From: a virus | Lineage: Duplodnaviria > Caudoviricetes | Virus record (IMG/VR): IMGVR_UViG_3300012940_000007 | Location: 1-47,768 of that record | Strand: one strand, 5' to 3' | Length of the DNA: 47,768 nt | Shown here: positions 46,457 to 47,768 of the stretch, piece by piece | Layout of the letters: each line of letters opens with the position of its first letter | Numbering within the stretch: the first letter of the stretch is position 1 | Translations under genes and position numbers: made by a program | The notes under the pieces: model-generated | Databases searched by the model: none | What the model was told of the DNA's origin: nothing | Seen by the model: only the letters and a program-made list of their open reading frames with translations

Positions 46457-46921
46457 TCAGGTCTTTAATCCTTGGAGACACATCTTCTTCTCCGCATTAC
46501 GTCTAGCCACTAATCCATTGAGTTTCCTGCCTCCTCCATACACCCACTTAGTGAGTTCATTGCAAGCCCCCACTCTGTCCCCTGCTTTCAGCTTCTTCAG
46601 GAGGGTGGACCGCTCAAAGGCTCCTAGCCCTACGTTATAGGCGAAGGAAACATAGGCATCTAGTTCACCCTGTGACAAAGGGCCTTTATAACGCGCTAAG
46701 ACGCCCTTGGTGAACTTATTCACCTCAGCCTTGAGCATGTACTGGCACTCTGTCTTGGTACGCTTCATGCCCATAAAGACATTCTCAGTGTAGCCATAGC
46801 AGATGGTGGGGATTCCTACGGGGTCTTTGTACGCCACTGTAGAAAGCCCCTCATATCCTGCGATAGAGGCAATTCCGATGGCAGATACCTGTATTGCCCT
46901 TTTGATAAAGTCGAAATTCAT
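46457..46921 (-). CDS. Endolysin, GH24 lysozyme (possibly SAR-type)
   Basis: E-x8-D-x5-T triad (YEGLSTVAYKDPVGIPTICYG), SFAYNVG, GLVARR..E; Ala/Gly/Ile-rich N-terminus. Confidence 0.92.
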   Translation of the reverse strand: MNFDFIKRAIQVSAIGIASIAGYEGLSTVAYKDPVGIPTICYGYTENVFMGMKRTKTECQYMLKAEVNKFTKGVLARYKGPLSQGELDAYVSFAYNVGLGAFERSTLLKKLKAGDRVGACNELTKWVYGGGRKLNGLVARRNAEKKMCLQGLKT

Positions 46922-47115
46922 TTACTTCTCCATTCCTTCCACCACCCCTTTATCTTAGGGACCATGAGAAAGATTATCTGTAAAACCATATATGTAAAGG
47001 TAGCTAATGCAGCCATCTCGCTCATTGACATACCTAGGAATGAATATGTCACACCTGCGGCTCCTATAGTTGTTTTTGTTGCTGCATCAGTTATGTTTGA
47101 GTCTAGGAATTTCAT
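46918..47115 (-). CDS. Holin (T7 gp17.5-like)
   Basis: 65 aa, hydrophobic core, basic C-terminus; TAATG coupling to the tailspike and ATGA overlap with the lysozyme. Confidence 0.75.
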   Translation of the reverse strand: MKFLDSNITDAATKTTIGAAGVTYSFLGMSMSEMAALATFTYMVLQIIFLMVPKIKGWWKEWRSK

Positions 47116-47768
47116 TAGAATGCCACCCACGTTACTATCGGAGAGTCTATGTTAGCCCCTGCAATATCCTTAGTTTCAAAGGTGTGGTCGTTACCCGAAA
47201 TAGCTGAGTGTGTTACCAAAGCTGTTGCAGAAGTGATCTGAGGAACCATTTCCGTATCTGTATTCTGCCGTACAACAGTGTAATTACCTACACTATTCCT
47301 AGTCACACTAGCCACCCGGTACTGAGAGACGATAGTAACTGCCCCTGCCCCATCCACTGTAAACCTAACATATGCTTTACCTGCTCCAAGATCATCATTC
47401 AGAAGCTGTCCATTACCGGATACGCCTCCCACTCCATGAGCTGGCCCTGCATTGTTAAATTGTACATTACCTCTCAGCCTAACCCTGGCATCCCCATATA
47501 CGGCAATGGGGGTGAGCTTAGTAACTGTACCGTCTGTATTGAAGTTGGAATCATTAACGCTCACATTAGACTCCCCCAATACTTCTAGGGCCACTGCCGT
47601 AGTGGCGTAGGAGGGATTGGAATAGATGCCGTATAAGGCTTGAAGCCCATTAACAGACATCTGGCTGTAGTTGATATACAACGCCCCGCCATTAATATTC
47701 TCACACCCACACCCGTTAAGAACCACTTCCTTGCAGCTCTCAAATCGATAGGCCCTAGCTGTATTATC
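47115..47768 (-). CDS. Tailspike/depolymerase 1, 3' part
   Basis: In-frame continuation of 1230..1 through the overlap; stop TAA at 47117-47115. Confidence 0.85.
   Translation of the reverse strand, partial: DNTARAYRFESCKEVVLNGCGCENINGGALYINYSQMSVNGLQALYGIYSNPSYATTAVALEVLGESNVSVNDSNFNTDGTVTKLTPIAVYGDARVRLRGNVQFNNAGPAHGVGGVSGNGQLLNDDLGAGKAYVRFTVDGAGAVTIVSQYRVASVTRNSVGNYTVVRQNTDTEMVPQITSATALVTHSAISGNDHTFETKDIAGANIDSPIVTWVAF
47646..47768. repeat. Contig-end overlap (copy 2)
   Basis: Identical to 1-123. Confidence 0.95.

Noticed and set aside
47646-47768. 123-bp end repeat as the biological terminal repeat
   Set aside because: It falls mid-gene in an uninterrupted tailspike frame, as expected for an assembler overlap.

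Overview
The window looks like a complete, circularly permuted genome (about 47,645 bp unique; 1-123 is repeated at 47646-47768) of a lytic podovirus of a Gram-negative host. It has no RNA polymerase, integrase or ribonucleotide reductase that I can recognise. Its two-arm layout resembles Zobellviridae-like phages (inference). The plus arm (2524-21406) holds sigma70-driven small early genes, HNH endonucleases, primase/helicase, an ECF-like sigma factor, family A DNA polymerase, SSB, exonuclease, DUF3310 and a phosphoesterase. The minus arm holds a tailspike (split by the contig ends), lysis cassette, terminase, portal, scaffold, capsid, tail, ejection proteins and a second tailspike. The most unusual elements are: (1) a ~430-540 nt ornate, pseudoknotted candidate ncRNA just upstream of the scaffold/capsid genes; (2) a tRNA-Arg(UCU) with no D-arm and a 23-nt variable region, abutting another structured RNA; (3) a sigma factor split by a -1 shift at A_AAA_AAA, together with two identical-spacing TGCAAA-N15-TGGCTATATA candidate late promoters, each followed by long structured non-coding sequence. 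All calls were made by eye, without database searches or folding software.
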